NCBI RefSeq assembly: GCF_003231495.1
Contig: NZ_PQWO01000034.1
Coordinates: 5,144-37,143 of the forward strand
Origin: Acaryochloris thomasi RCC1774
GTDB lineage: Bacteria; Cyanobacteriota; Cyanobacteriia; Thermosynechococcales; Thermosynechococcaceae
DNA: 32,000 nucleotides
Reading direction: 5' to 3'
The notes beneath the pieces are model-generated. The model did no database searches. It had not been told where the DNA came from and saw only the letters and a program-made list of their open reading frames with translations. This document shows positions 1 through 9,314 of the stretch, one piece after another. How positions within the stretch are numbered: the first letter of the stretch is position 1; each line of letters opens with the position of its first letter. A program made the translations under genes and the position numbers.

Positions 1-524
1 AGTTCTCTCACAAGACTCTCAACATCCATGTCAACGTCTCTAACCAGCAATTCCACCAACCTAATTTTATTGAACAAGTTCAGCAAACTTTACGAGAAAC
101 AAACTTAAGAAACAACAGCCTGAAGCTGGAAATTACTGAAAGTGTCATCATGAAAGATGCTATACGACTGGCTGATAAATTTGCTCAACTCCAGACTTTA
201 GGTGTCCGACTCGGGTTAGATGATTTTGGCACTGGCTATTCTTCATTGAGTTACCTGAGCCAGTTGCCCTTAGATACTTTGAAGGTTGATCGCTCATTTG
301 TAGCTCAGCTTGATCAAAGCAGCGGTCAGGAAATCACTCAGGCGATAGTTACGTTGGCCCATAATTTGCACATGGAGGTCATCGCTGAAGGAATCGAGAC
401 AGAATCGCAAGCTCAATTTCTACGGGCGATTGATTGTAGATATGGTCAAGGGTATTTGTTCTCTAAGCCAGTTGCTCCTGATGCGATGCCAGCTTTGTTG
501 TCTCAGGACACGCTTCTCAGCTAG
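1..524 (+). CDS. EAL-domain c-di-GMP phosphodiesterase, C-terminal part (5' end outside window)
   Basis: Frame 3 is open from base 3 (...NSLKLEITESVIM...) into listed ORF 150..524. EAL-family motifs are present: LEITES, DDFGTGYSSLSYL, KVDRSF, EGIETESQ, QGYLFSKP. Confidence 0.9.
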   Translation, partial: FSHKTLNIHVNVSNQQFHQPNFIEQVQQTLRETNLRNNSLKLEITESVIMKDAIRLADKFAQLQTLGVRLGLDDFGTGYSSLSYLSQLPLDTLKVDRSFVAQLDQSSGQEITQAIVTLAHNLHMEVIAEGIETESQAQFLRAIDCRYGQGYLFSKPVAPDAMPALLSQDTLLS

Positions 525-546
525 GGAATAGGTCAAATTGCGAATT

Positions 547-816
547 TCAGCTTTTTGCTTGTTCTTTAAACGCTTTCACAGCAATGAACCCTGGCACTAT
601 CGTCTCTACAATTTTCAGCTTCTTCCCCGTCTGAGAATTACGCTCCTCTCTGGCAGCGAGATCGCTGGGTGCAAAACTTCTAAACTTCATCAGTGTTACT
701 TTATCGCTACCGTCCAGAATCTCTACGATGGTGGTGGATGTCAGGATATCTTCAGCCTGCTTTTTGGTGACGTTGGATTTATCTTCGATCTCGTCTACTA
801 ATTCTGCTTTGTTCAT
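547..816 (-). CDS. hup: HU/IHF-family histone-like DNA-binding protein, divergent
   Basis: 89 aa. MNKAELVDEI...KKQAEDIL... and the arm region AAREERNSQTGKKLKI follow the HU pattern. GAGGA lies 6 nt upstream of the ATG. The GFGSF and RNP motifs are altered (KFRSF, RNS). Confidence 0.8.
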   Translation of the reverse strand: MNKAELVDEIEDKSNVTKKQAEDILTSTTIVEILDGSDKVTLMKFRSFAPSDLAAREERNSQTGKKLKIVETIVPGFIAVKAFKEQAKS

Positions 817-963
817 GGGAAATCCTCATAATGCTGATATCTGGCGGCATCCTAGCGTTTAAGAGCGGGTCTGCCAGTCGAAGCTAACAAAAGTATTTTT
901 ATCACCCCGAATTTTCATAAATGGCTGATATGCTGTCGCCATCTGAAATATACGGGGGGAATC

Positions 964-1533
964 GTGACCAACATTTTAGAGATCAGACCAAAGCTCAAAC
1001 ATAATCGTGAACAGCGAATCATCGAGCGGCGTTCTGAGCCTGCCTCTGTTGCCCCAACAAAACCCGTAGCAAAGTGCTCTTCTCCCCGAACGTCCACGAG
1101 AAGACGACTGCCTAGAGCAGATTCGAGACGCTCGGATAAGCTGCAGAAATTCAAGCCGCACTCAAGCCTGGAAATGCTCAAGCAATCAGTTCCGCTGGCG
1201 AGTCATGAGTTCCAACTGTCTCAGCAGCTTTATGTGCAGCAATTTGGACGGAAGATTGCACTGCCAGCCCAGTGTGTCGGGAGTCTTGCCGTGGTCTGGC
1301 GCGAGGAGGGCCAGGGTTATCAGTTGTTCTCCTGGGAGTTGCGATCTCCCTTGTCCTCGCTATTGTTCGAGACTCGGGAGTACTGCTGTGAGGCAGCAGT
1401 AGAGCTGGGGGATTTGTTTGATGTTGATGCTGCCTTAGCCGAGCCGTGTTTTGGGATAAGCGAAAAGATTGAGGAACTGATCAATACTCACTTACACCGA
1501 GAGCTAATTGCCCTTTCGTTTCAAGCAGCATGA
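964..1533 (+). CDS. hypothetical protein (Arg/Ser-rich N-terminus, globular C-terminal half)
   Basis: Longest ORF in the region (189 aa). The GTG start is preceded by GGGGGGAATC, and an alternative ATG sits at 1174. No family recognised. Confidence 0.45.
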   Translation: MTNILEIRPKLKHNREQRIIERRSEPASVAPTKPVAKCSSPRTSTRRRLPRADSRRSDKLQKFKPHSSLEMLKQSVPLASHEFQLSQQLYVQQFGRKIALPAQCVGSLAVVWREEGQGYQLFSWELRSPLSSLLFETREYCCEAAVELGDLFDVDAALAEPCFGISEKIEELINTHLHRELIALSFQAA

Positions 1534-1603
1534 AGTTTTTGACGATCCATGTGGATCAATATAGCTCTGAACCCGATAGCTGGAGACCTTTCCTCGCTGG
1601 AGT

Positions 1604-2602
1604 TTGCATCATTTTCTTTGTCTGTGCCTTCGGTCTGGCTTGGTGGAGCGATCGCAAAGCAGGTCGGCATTGGTTTACATGGACGTGAACCAAGCTGACT
1701 GTAATTTCCTTCCTGCCTCTGCTTCAGAGATTCAAGATAGCGCAGCCCAAACCCTGCTCCAGCAGATCCGGCGTCAACCCATCGAAATCTGCACAGACCT
1801 TGGGAAAGTCAACATTCCAACAGCCTTTGCTTGCACCGAGCCAGCCTCGATTCCAAGCCCTCAACGCTTAAGCCCCATGCTTTGCCTGCCGGGATTCGAC
1901 AGCTCCCTGCTGGAGTATCGGTATCTGCTGCCGCTCCTGGCAGGTCAACAGCAGTGCTGGGCAGTCGATTGGTATGGTTGTGGCTTTACGGCTTACAATC
2001 CTCGACTCACCGTTCATCCTGTTCACATTCGGCAACACCTATTCACCATAATCCGCCGCTGGATTGGTCAGCCTGTCATGCTAATAGGAGCCTCCCTTGG
2101 TGGCGCTGTGGCCCTTGACTTTGCGCTACATCATCCAGAATTTGTAAAGGCGCTAGTGCTCCTTGACAGTGTGGGTTTCTCTGGTCATTTTCCACTGGGA
2201 GCATCCTGTCCTTCGGCAATATTGGAAGTGGGGGCTGACTGGTTACACCTTCGCAAGCAAATGACTCTTACTGCTGCCCTAGCCCTGTCGATGCCGTCAC
2301 TTGTCGTTGAGGGACTACGATGTGCTCAACTTCATCAACAGATGCCAGGGTGGAAGAATGCGATCACGACCTTTTGTCAGAGTGGTGGGTATGCTGACCT
2401 TTCTTCTCGCATAGGCGAAGTGAGCCAGCCGACCCTTTTACTGTGGGGCGTATCTGATGATGTCCTTGGCACAGGCGATGCCCTTCGTTTTAGACAGGCG
2501 ATACCTGAAAGTCAATTGGTTTGGGTCTCTCAAGCTGGTCATGCTCCCCATATTGAGCAGCCCCACACGGTCGCCAAGCATCTACTTTCGTTTGCCACAT
2601 GA
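1604..2602 (+). CDS. alpha/beta-fold hydrolase
   Basis: Nucleophile elbow GASLGG; acid/His region GVSDDVL ... AGHAPHIEQP. The listed start is TTG; ATG at 1679 (MDVNQ...) is the more likely start. Confidence 0.85.
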   Translation: MHHFLCLCLRSGLVERSQSRSALVYMDVNQADCNFLPASASEIQDSAAQTLLQQIRRQPIEICTDLGKVNIPTAFACTEPASIPSPQRLSPMLCLPGFDSSLLEYRYLLPLLAGQQQCWAVDWYGCGFTAYNPRLTVHPVHIRQHLFTIIRRWIGQPVMLIGASLGGAVALDFALHHPEFVKALVLLDSVGFSGHFPLGASCPSAILEVGADWLHLRKQMTLTAALALSMPSLVVEGLRCAQLHQQMPGWKNAITTFCQSGGYADLSSRIGEVSQPTLLLWGVSDDVLGTGDALRFRQAIPESQLVWVSQAGHAPHIEQPHTVAKHLLSFAT

Positions 2603-2614
2603 CCCGTTTCTTGA

Positions 2615-3454
2615 TTGATCATCATGCGACTTTCCCAAGCCCTCCATACCGCCGCTCGACATTATTGCCAAAGGCAGTCGAGCTACTGGGATCAGTACTC
2701 GAACAAGTTGAGCCAAACAAAGCCTCGTCCCAGCAATTACCAGCAGGTGTTGCTAGATGGCTATGCCCGCTCCAACGTGCTTAGAGTAATCTGTATCGCA
2801 ATAGAGCAACTGAACCCGGATGAACTCAATGATCTAGAACAGACGAGAGATTGCATCTCGCAGATAGGCAGAGTTGCACAAGAACCTCGGCTACGTCCAA
2901 ATATGGGGCAAACTACAGAGCCTGAAGTTTCTCTACTCGATTTTGGTGTGTGTTCAGACGATGCGATTTCACACGAGCGGGAAGCATTTTGCAATTACGT
3001 TGAAGAACTTTCAGAATCCCACCTGAAATCTATTGAGCCGCTACCTTACCAGCGGGTGCTGTCCCCAGCCGAATCCAGCAATATTTGGCATCAACTGCGT
3101 GACCGTTGGCGAGTCGTTGGTCCGTATTGGTATCCATTAAGCAATCGTCGGTTGCCCGGTATCGCAGCATTTGACGCAGATGCCTTCGAGGAATTTTGTA
3201 CCTCCTTTAGTCTGATTGATTTATTGGCCTCTCGCGAGATTACCCGAATTTTGGAGCTGCGCGAATATGGAATTGAATACGAACAGGACGTCTCTCTATT
3301 TGACCCTGTGTACAGCAACTATGAAGGCTATTGGGTCTCTGATGGCTTTGATTGGATTATCTATGCCTCCCACGAATGCTCAGTAACCCTGGGAGGTTGG
3401 TTGTTAAAGGAAGTGAAGGCCCAATGGCAAGATTGGGAACAACACGCATGGTGA
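2615..3454 (+). CDS. hypothetical protein
   Basis: 279-aa ORF 12 nt after the hydrolase stop on the same strand. TTG at 2615, ATG at 2624. Trp/Tyr-rich C-terminus (YWVSDGFDWIIYASHE). No family recognised. Confidence 0.6.
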   Translation: MIIMRLSQALHTAARHYCQRQSSYWDQYSNKLSQTKPRPSNYQQVLLDGYARSNVLRVICIAIEQLNPDELNDLEQTRDCISQIGRVAQEPRLRPNMGQTTEPEVSLLDFGVCSDDAISHEREAFCNYVEELSESHLKSIEPLPYQRVLSPAESSNIWHQLRDRWRVVGPYWYPLSNRRLPGIAAFDADAFEEFCTSFSLIDLLASREITRILELREYGIEYEQDVSLFDPVYSNYEGYWVSDGFDWIIYASHECSVTLGGWLLKEVKAQWQDWEQHAW

Positions 3455-3460
3455 ACCCAA

Positions 3461-3787
3461 ATGTTCCACCGCATCAGTCAGTGCCACACTTGCATCTATC
3501 ATGCCCGTAGCCTCTATCTGGGCTATGACCCCGACTCTACAGAAGCTGACTATGTTGCGATCTCGGAAGTAGCGAAAGACGGACTGTGGGCACCTAAAGC
3601 CTGGGCGTTTGAGGGCTGGGGAATTGCTGTCGGTGGCCGCAAGCTACCTACCGCAGTACGACGTTAGCCATCCGATCGTTACCGGGCGTTATTGTCTGTG
3701 TGGCGATATGTTTGTCTTAGGAATCTGCCTGTGCTGCATTGGGATTGTCCAAATGCTGAGTGCGGCTGGAAGGATGACAGTATCTGA
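3461..3787 (+). pseudogene. frame-disrupted paralogue of the Cys-rich small protein at 18834..19157
   Basis: Nucleotide and protein similarity to 18920..19160 (ADYVAISEVA/ADYVEIAEVA, WAFE, SHPIVTGR, HWDC, GWKDDS). Relative to copy 2 there is a +1 nt insertion near 3612-3616 and a net +2 nt near 3700-3730. The conserved sequence therefore runs frame 2 -> frame 3 -> frame 2, and the ATG-3461 frame hits TAG at 3665-3667. Confidence 0.6.
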
Positions 3788-3821
3788 GGGAATGCTATTG
3801 CTGATTTGATTGTTCAGAAGC

Positions 3822-3992
3822 TCAGTGGTCAGAATCTAGGGTGCTGGCCCAATCATCTAGCCCACAGTTATCACAGGTTAACCAGTAGCCATTGGCGTAG
3901 GAATTCTGAATAGTTAAGTGGTCAGAGTTGCAGGCAGGGCAAGTCTCTGTTTGTGAGGTAGCGCTATGCTTCTGTACCTGGAGTATGTGCAT
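3822..3992 (-). CDS. small zinc-ribbon-like ORF (56 aa), below the ORF-track cutoff
   Basis: Own translation: MHILQVQKHSATSQTETCPACNSDHLTIQNSYANGYWLTCDNCGLDDWASTLDSDH. It has ATG and TGA and a CPxC-x19-CxxC arrangement. No clear Shine-Dalgarno. Confidence 0.3.
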   Translation of the reverse strand: MHILQVQKHSATSQTETCPACNSDHLTIQNSYANGYWLTCDNCGLDDWASTLDSDH

Positions 3993-4902
3993 TAGTGCAA
4001 TCTATATGTCGATGCATTAATGATGGCTGAAGCATGTGAGTATTGCCCTCCGAGAGATTACCAGCCTTTCAGCTCTGATTTGTATTGAATTGGGTGATGA
4101 TACTGATTGTCTATTGCAGGTACCAGGTGGAGTTAGTAGAGACGAGTTATTCAAAGGATCCTTGAGAAAGTTTGCCTTGCTCAGTCTGCTGACTAAATCT
4201 AGAGCAACCCATTGCTCTCCAAGTTAACTGTCCACTTTTTCGAGACAAGATCAACTTTTGTCAGCCAACCAGGGCATTGAGCTGTCTCGTTAGTTTTCTA
4301 TTGAACTCTTGATAACTCAATTGCGGTAAGCCTCTCGTCCTGCCCGTGTGGCTTGGGCCAGGGAGGCATTGTTTTACGCATTTTCTTGGCAGAAATATGA
4401 GTATTTCTCTCTGCGTGAGAACTTTCTCATCTAAGATTCACCTGCATGAATGTCTCTTTCCTTTAGACATAAATAATAATCATTAAATTTGAGTTAAATA
4501 ACTGTGGGTTAATGAAATATTTTTCGATAAAAATTATTTAGATCCTAATCAGAATAAATATCTGCATCCAATCAATTAAGAAGTATGCGAGAAAAGCTTT
4601 GCATATTTTATTTTCTTCTATAACTCCACTGAAAACTAAATAAAAATCTTCTTGCTCCCCTTCCTGCGTGTGTTTCTGTGTCATGACTGAGTGCTTGAAA
4701 TGAATTTATATTTTGATTTTATATAGCTGGAATCTCACTGAGATTGGATGAAATTGTCGATATTTACAAGGAGTATTTGGGTCTAGTTATGCACGAAGAG
4801 ACTTTTTCTACTAATGTTAAGTACTGGTTAAAAGTAAGTCGATTAATCATTGCTTAGTTATTGGGACTTTGTTCCAGATAACAACTATCTGGAGATATAG
4901 AT

Positions 4903-5886
4903 GTGAATGTACTGCACCTAAAATGCTATCGAAAGGCAGCCTCGAGACGGGTAAAGTCTTGGCTGAGGATGGGACGACATCGGCAGGATCCTGTCCGAAC
5001 ATCGTCCTCTACGTTTCAGATAGATCTGGCGCTCGTCCACAGCTTGCTAGAAGGGCAGCACCCCGATCTTGCCCACCTGCAGATTTGTCACCTTGGTACA
5101 GGCTGGCATAACACGATGTTTCGTTTAGGAGATCAGTTGCTCCTCAGGCTTCCCCGCCGCACAACGGCAGGTCCCCTGATTGAAAATGAGCAAATCTGGC
5201 TGCCACAGCTTGCAGATCGGCTGCCTATTGATGTCCCCACTGTTGTTCGGGTGGGTGAACCGACACAACGCTATCCTTGGCGTTGGAGCATACTCCCGTG
5301 GCTAACGGGGACAACGGCGGAACAAGTAGACATGCGTACAAGCGAGGTTCAGCGCTTCACCTCGTTCCTGAAAGCGCTGCATGTTCCGGCACCTGCCAAT
5401 GCTCCTCAGAATCCGGTGCGTGGCGTTCCTTTAAAGCAACGATCAGCTGTATTTGGAAAACGATTCCTGTGGGTAGATGAGCAAACAAACCTAATCACCC
5501 GGCAGATCAAAAATATCTGGCACAGAGCTGTCGAGGCACCGATGGACGGCGAAGCACGATGGCTCCATGGTGATCTTCACCCTCTCAATGTCGTCGTTAA
5601 TGATGGTGCGATCTCAGGCATCATTGATTGGGGTCACATTACCTCAGGGGATATTGCGACTGACTTGGCTTCTATCTGGATGCTCTTTGCTGAGAAAAAT
5701 CATCGCCAGCAGGTGATCAAAAGCTATGGCAGTCTTTCGGATGCAACCCTACAGCGCGCCCAAGGATGGGCCATTCTAATTGGTGTGGGGTTTGTGGAGT
5801 CAGGACTGACTGCTAATTCAAGCCATGCCAGTATTGGAGCGGCTACCTTGCAGCGTGTTGCTGAAGATAGCTTAACGTTACGGTAG
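4903..5886 (+). CDS. phosphotransferase-family kinase (APH/choline-kinase-like fold)
   Basis: Brenner motif HGDLHPLNVVV and IIDWGHITSGD (DxG-type metal loop). N-terminal region IDLALVHSLLEGQHPDLAHL is typical of the family. The listed start is GTG; in-frame ATG at 4969 is plausible. Confidence 0.85.
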   Translation: MNVLHLKCYRKAASRRVKSWLRMGRHRQDPVRTSSSTFQIDLALVHSLLEGQHPDLAHLQICHLGTGWHNTMFRLGDQLLLRLPRRTTAGPLIENEQIWLPQLADRLPIDVPTVVRVGEPTQRYPWRWSILPWLTGTTAEQVDMRTSEVQRFTSFLKALHVPAPANAPQNPVRGVPLKQRSAVFGKRFLWVDEQTNLITRQIKNIWHRAVEAPMDGEARWLHGDLHPLNVVVNDGAISGIIDWGHITSGDIATDLASIWMLFAEKNHRQQVIKSYGSLSDATLQRAQGWAILIGVGFVESGLTANSSHASIGAATLQRVAEDSLTLR

Positions 5887-6358
5887 GCTGCGATACTCTG
5901 ATCGCATATAGCCTCTGCCTCTTGCCGCCACAGGGATTCCTCAATGATGGTATCAAGGCTCCACTTGCTGTCCTGCAGAATATGAATACAGCAACCGCTA
6001 CCTCACAAGAGAATTCTATATGCAGATAGCTCAGGGATCTGTAGTTTCTTTTCGGTTAGAATACAGCCCCTTATGTCAGGGGTGGTGGAAATGATATTTT
6101 CAGATCAGAAAAAATAGGGGAACGTAAAAAAGCCTATGAGTTTTCGTCAACAGATATCTGCAAAGCTGTTGCTAATAGTAGGCAGCATTGTTAGTATATC
6201 CTTCTCTATCTTCCAGGGGCTAGCGCCATTCTCTGCCGTGCAGCTACAGGCTGTACGCTTTGACTTGGCTTTGTTCAAAACTGGCCCAAAACGGGTAACA
6301 CTTACACGACAAATCAGGCCATCTCTAGAAATGACCAACCCAGCCTGTTTCACTTTTT

Positions 6359-7839
6359 CTAAGCTCTTTGGAATCGCTTGAAGCCCAGCATTTCTAGCCA
6401 GTGTAGATGTTTCTCACCTGTCATCATTTCCCCTGGGCTTTTTCCCCGTCTTTGCTCAGAGTCACTACTCATGAATCTCCGGTGATTGATGAAGAATTGG
6501 AGAAGGCCCAGATAGGACGTTCCAAGATGCTTGCGCAGGCTGAAATAGTTCCGCAGTCTAGAATTGAGATTCTCCACTAAAGAACTGGCTCTAGGCGTCT
6601 GTTTCATTGCATTCTGGATCGCTTGATGGAGATGGAGCTGAAAGAACTTCCAGCTCAGCTTCTCGTGTAGATCACCCCAACTCCTCCAGCATGCTTCCGA
6701 GGTGGGCTGTTTGCGGAAAAATCGGACCATCTGCCGGAGGAGAAATAGAGGTGTATCAAATTGCTGAGCAATGTTAGCAAGCTTGTCATCTAACACCTTT
6801 GCAAAGGCCAACAGATCATCGCGTTGATTGTTCAAGGTTTGCGCAAGACTCGAATCTGCTTGCCTCCCAGATGTTCGCGCTGCTGAAGTTCAGCCACGAT
6901 GAAATCGTACAGTTCTATACGCTCAGCATAGGAGGGGCCAGCCAGTTGCAAAACATCGTGGTTGAGCCACTCAATAAGAGTCTTGACGTCTCTGGCCAGT
7001 TGCACGGCTTGTGTCTCCTGGGTTCTCGCTTTTCCCAACGGCACTGAGAGGTGGTTCCATTATCCCTGTTGTTTCGCCTCTGCCATCTTCGCCTCTAGCT
7101 CTTGCCGTCGAGTCTTTGCCCCCATTGCTTTGCGTGTCAAACTATTGGCCAGGGTATGGCACTGACGCTGGATGTGGAACACATCACCATGACAAAGCTT
7201 GTCTCCAAAGGCTTCCTTTTGACCAGCCTGCAAGCCAGTGCCGGCACCAGCAATCGTGTACTCTGGGTCGAGTCCTTGCTCTGCAGCATTGAGCAGGTGA
7301 TAGCCCCAAGTGTCTGCATCCCGATGGTCGGCTGCTTCGAGGAGGTAGCAATAGGTTGAGACAGCATCAATACCAACGAGCACTGGCTTTGAGCCATGAA
7401 AAATCTCATCGTGTAATCCCACACCAACGTTAGATAGGTCTTGGGATTGATTGATTATTGCCGCTGACTCAGAGGCAGTTTCAAGCCGGTTGTGGATCGT
7501 GCCAACACTGATGTGAAAGTCGAATAGATCGCGAAACAATTCAACGACACCGCGAAAGGAGTTGTGGCAGATCATTACCAAGGCAAGAATAAGTTGGAAT
7601 ATCCAAGCTTTGGTAACCGAAAGATGGAAAAGAACGTCATCATTATTGTCATCGTGCTTGAAATAAGCCTCTGTCAGAGCATCATTTGCCTTGTTGCTTT
7701 GCTGGTAGAGAAACTTGCGACTGACTTGGTGTTGTTTGGCAATGCTGGTGACGAGTTCTCTCTTTCTCAGAACCTGAAGGGCTAGCTCCTGGCGCTCAGT
7801 TGGGGAAAGAGTGGCGGCGACACAGGAAGATGAACTCAT
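6359..7839 (-). pseudogene. IS transposase gene broken into three ORFs (family not assignable by eye)
   Basis: ORFs 7839-7060 and 7044-6832 are in the same frame, separated by an in-frame TAA (7060-7062). ORF 6835-6359 is in another frame. The N-terminal HTH-like segment, HGDVFHIQRQ and the C-terminal SLVENLNSRLRNYF...LLQFFINHRRF are transposase-like. Confidence 0.7.
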
Positions 7840-8140
7840 ATTTATCGATCTGCAGGGAAATAAGTTGGCATTGAACGAGTATCCCTGATCGGCACCCTCT
7901 GGATCTTAAAATGCTTTGATCTCACTCAACTGTGGGCCAGATCTGTAACCCTGGAATGAACGGTGCCGAACTTTATCTCCAAGCGTCAACGTTTTACCGC
8001 CGAGATCAATCCCTATTGTGTGGCTCTACTACAACTTTCTCCTCAGCTTCAGAGATATCCAGAAAATGAGGCTCTACCGAGGTATCAAGTTCTCTCACGC
8101 GAACGTTCAAAGACTCTCAAGAGTGCCATGCCCTATTCAA

Positions 8141-9211
8141 CTAGACTGAGTGAGGCAAGCTGAGCTGCTGCAGAATAGATGATGCGATCTGTTCGACTGG
8201 CAGAACTGTTTGAGCTGCCCCTAGCTCAATCGCGACCTTAGGCATTCCAAAAACAATGCTAGTGGTCTCATCTTGAGCAATTGTTGAGCCTCCAGATTGT
8301 GCGATTTTCTGTAAACCCACGGCTCCATCTTGTCCCATGCCGGTAAGCAAAACACCGAGGACGCCTGCTCCATAGTGTTGAGCTACGGCTTGAAACATCA
8401 CCGTGATCGAGGGGCAATGACGATCCACCGCAGGTGCTGCAGAGTAATGGCAGCGACCTTGGTCATCCAGTGTCAGGTGATAGTGATCCGGTGCAAAATA
8501 AACCGTCCCTGGTACTGGAACTTCTCCAGCCTCTGCAACTTTGACATGAAGAGGACACATTGAGGCTTGCCAACTAATTAGCCCCGGTAAAAATCCCGCA
8601 GAGATGTGTTGAGCACAAAGAATCGGTAGGGGGAAATCTGCAGGGAGGCGACTCAGGATTTGATGAATGGCCTGCGGTCCACCTGTTGAAGCCCCTATTG
8701 CTAAAATCTGTGGTGCGTCAGCGCAGAGTCTGGGGCTGGGCCGGTGAGTAACACTGGAGCGAAGGATATGAGTTGTCGAGTGCTGACGTAGAGACTTTGT
8801 AAACACCTTGACTCCAGCTAGTACCTTGATTCTGTCAATCAGCGCCTGCTGATCGGCCGCTTTCCAGCGTCCTGTTAAGGGCTGAGGAAAAACATCCACG
8901 GCACCTGCCTTCAGAACCTGAGCAATGGTTTCAGTTTCGGTGGGCTGAACCGTGGGACTAACGACCAAAATCGGTAGCGGGCAAAGCGCTAGGAGCTGGC
9001 GGATTAGCTCGAAGCCATCCATATGTGGCATTTGCAGATTAGTACAAACGACATCTGGCTGCAATTGGGGAATGTGCTCTAGTGCTTCAGTTCCATTATT
9101 CGCGGTACCAATGACCTGAATCACGGGTGCCGCACTCAGCGCACCCGTGAGTCTTTGCTGTGCAATCGCACAGCTATCCACAATGAAAACGGTAATGATC
9201 GAGGAACTCAT
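8141..9211 (-). CDS. cheB: CheB protein-glutamate methylesterase with degenerate receiver domain
   Basis: The C-terminal esterase has GASTGGPQA (Ser), AQHISAGF (His) and LTGMGQDGA (Asp). The N-terminal receiver fold carries S13, N58 and Q110 in place of the conserved Asp, acceptor Asp and Lys. Confidence 0.9.
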   Translation of the reverse strand: MSSSIITVFIVDSCAIAQQRLTGALSAAPVIQVIGTANNGTEALEHIPQLQPDVVCTNLQMPHMDGFELIRQLLALCPLPILVVSPTVQPTETETIAQVLKAGAVDVFPQPLTGRWKAADQQALIDRIKVLAGVKVFTKSLRQHSTTHILRSSVTHRPSPRLCADAPQILAIGASTGGPQAIHQILSRLPADFPLPILCAQHISAGFLPGLISWQASMCPLHVKVAEAGEVPVPGTVYFAPDHYHLTLDDQGRCHYSAAPAVDRHCPSITVMFQAVAQHYGAGVLGVLLTGMGQDGAVGLQKIAQSGGSTIAQDETTSIVFGMPKVAIELGAAQTVLPVEQIASSILQQLSLPHSV

Positions 9212-9314
9212 TTTCTGGACTCAAGAGCAGCGAAAAACAATAACAGGAGTCAGATCCTAGGTCTAACCCCTGCTAATCGAAAGATTGAGAACCACCTGTC
9301 GGCAAAACGAGCAG

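Noticed and set aside
538-801. 87-aa plus-strand ORF
   Set aside because: It is fully antisense to the minus-strand ORF that carries a clear HU signature, so it is a shadow ORF.
915-1181. Minus-strand ORFs 915..1181 and 976..1161
   Set aside because: Both overlap the longer plus-strand 964..1533 ORF. They are Arg/Ser/Cys-rich with no motif, and no independent support exists.
4036-4227. 63-aa GTG-initiated ORF
   Set aside because: Short, non-ATG start, no motif, and located in a compositionally heterogeneous spacer. The evidence is insufficient.
5990-6110. tRNA-like string ATAGCTCAGGGATCTGTAG
   Set aside because: It resembles a D-loop, but no complementary D-stem, anticodon arm, T-arm (GTTCRANNC) or acceptor stem can be drawn.
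6136-6381. ORFs 6136..6381 (+) and 6147..6353 (-)
   Set aside because: These mutually antisense short ORFs lie in the flank of the dead transposase. Neither has a motif, so this is probably non-coding IS-terminal sequence.
5890-8000. Terminal inverted repeats for the 6359..7839 transposase (shared 8-mers TCAGGGAT and CTGGCCCA between the flanks)
   Set aside because: Only 8-nt matches with no extension were found. About one such match is expected by chance between two 300-bp flanks.
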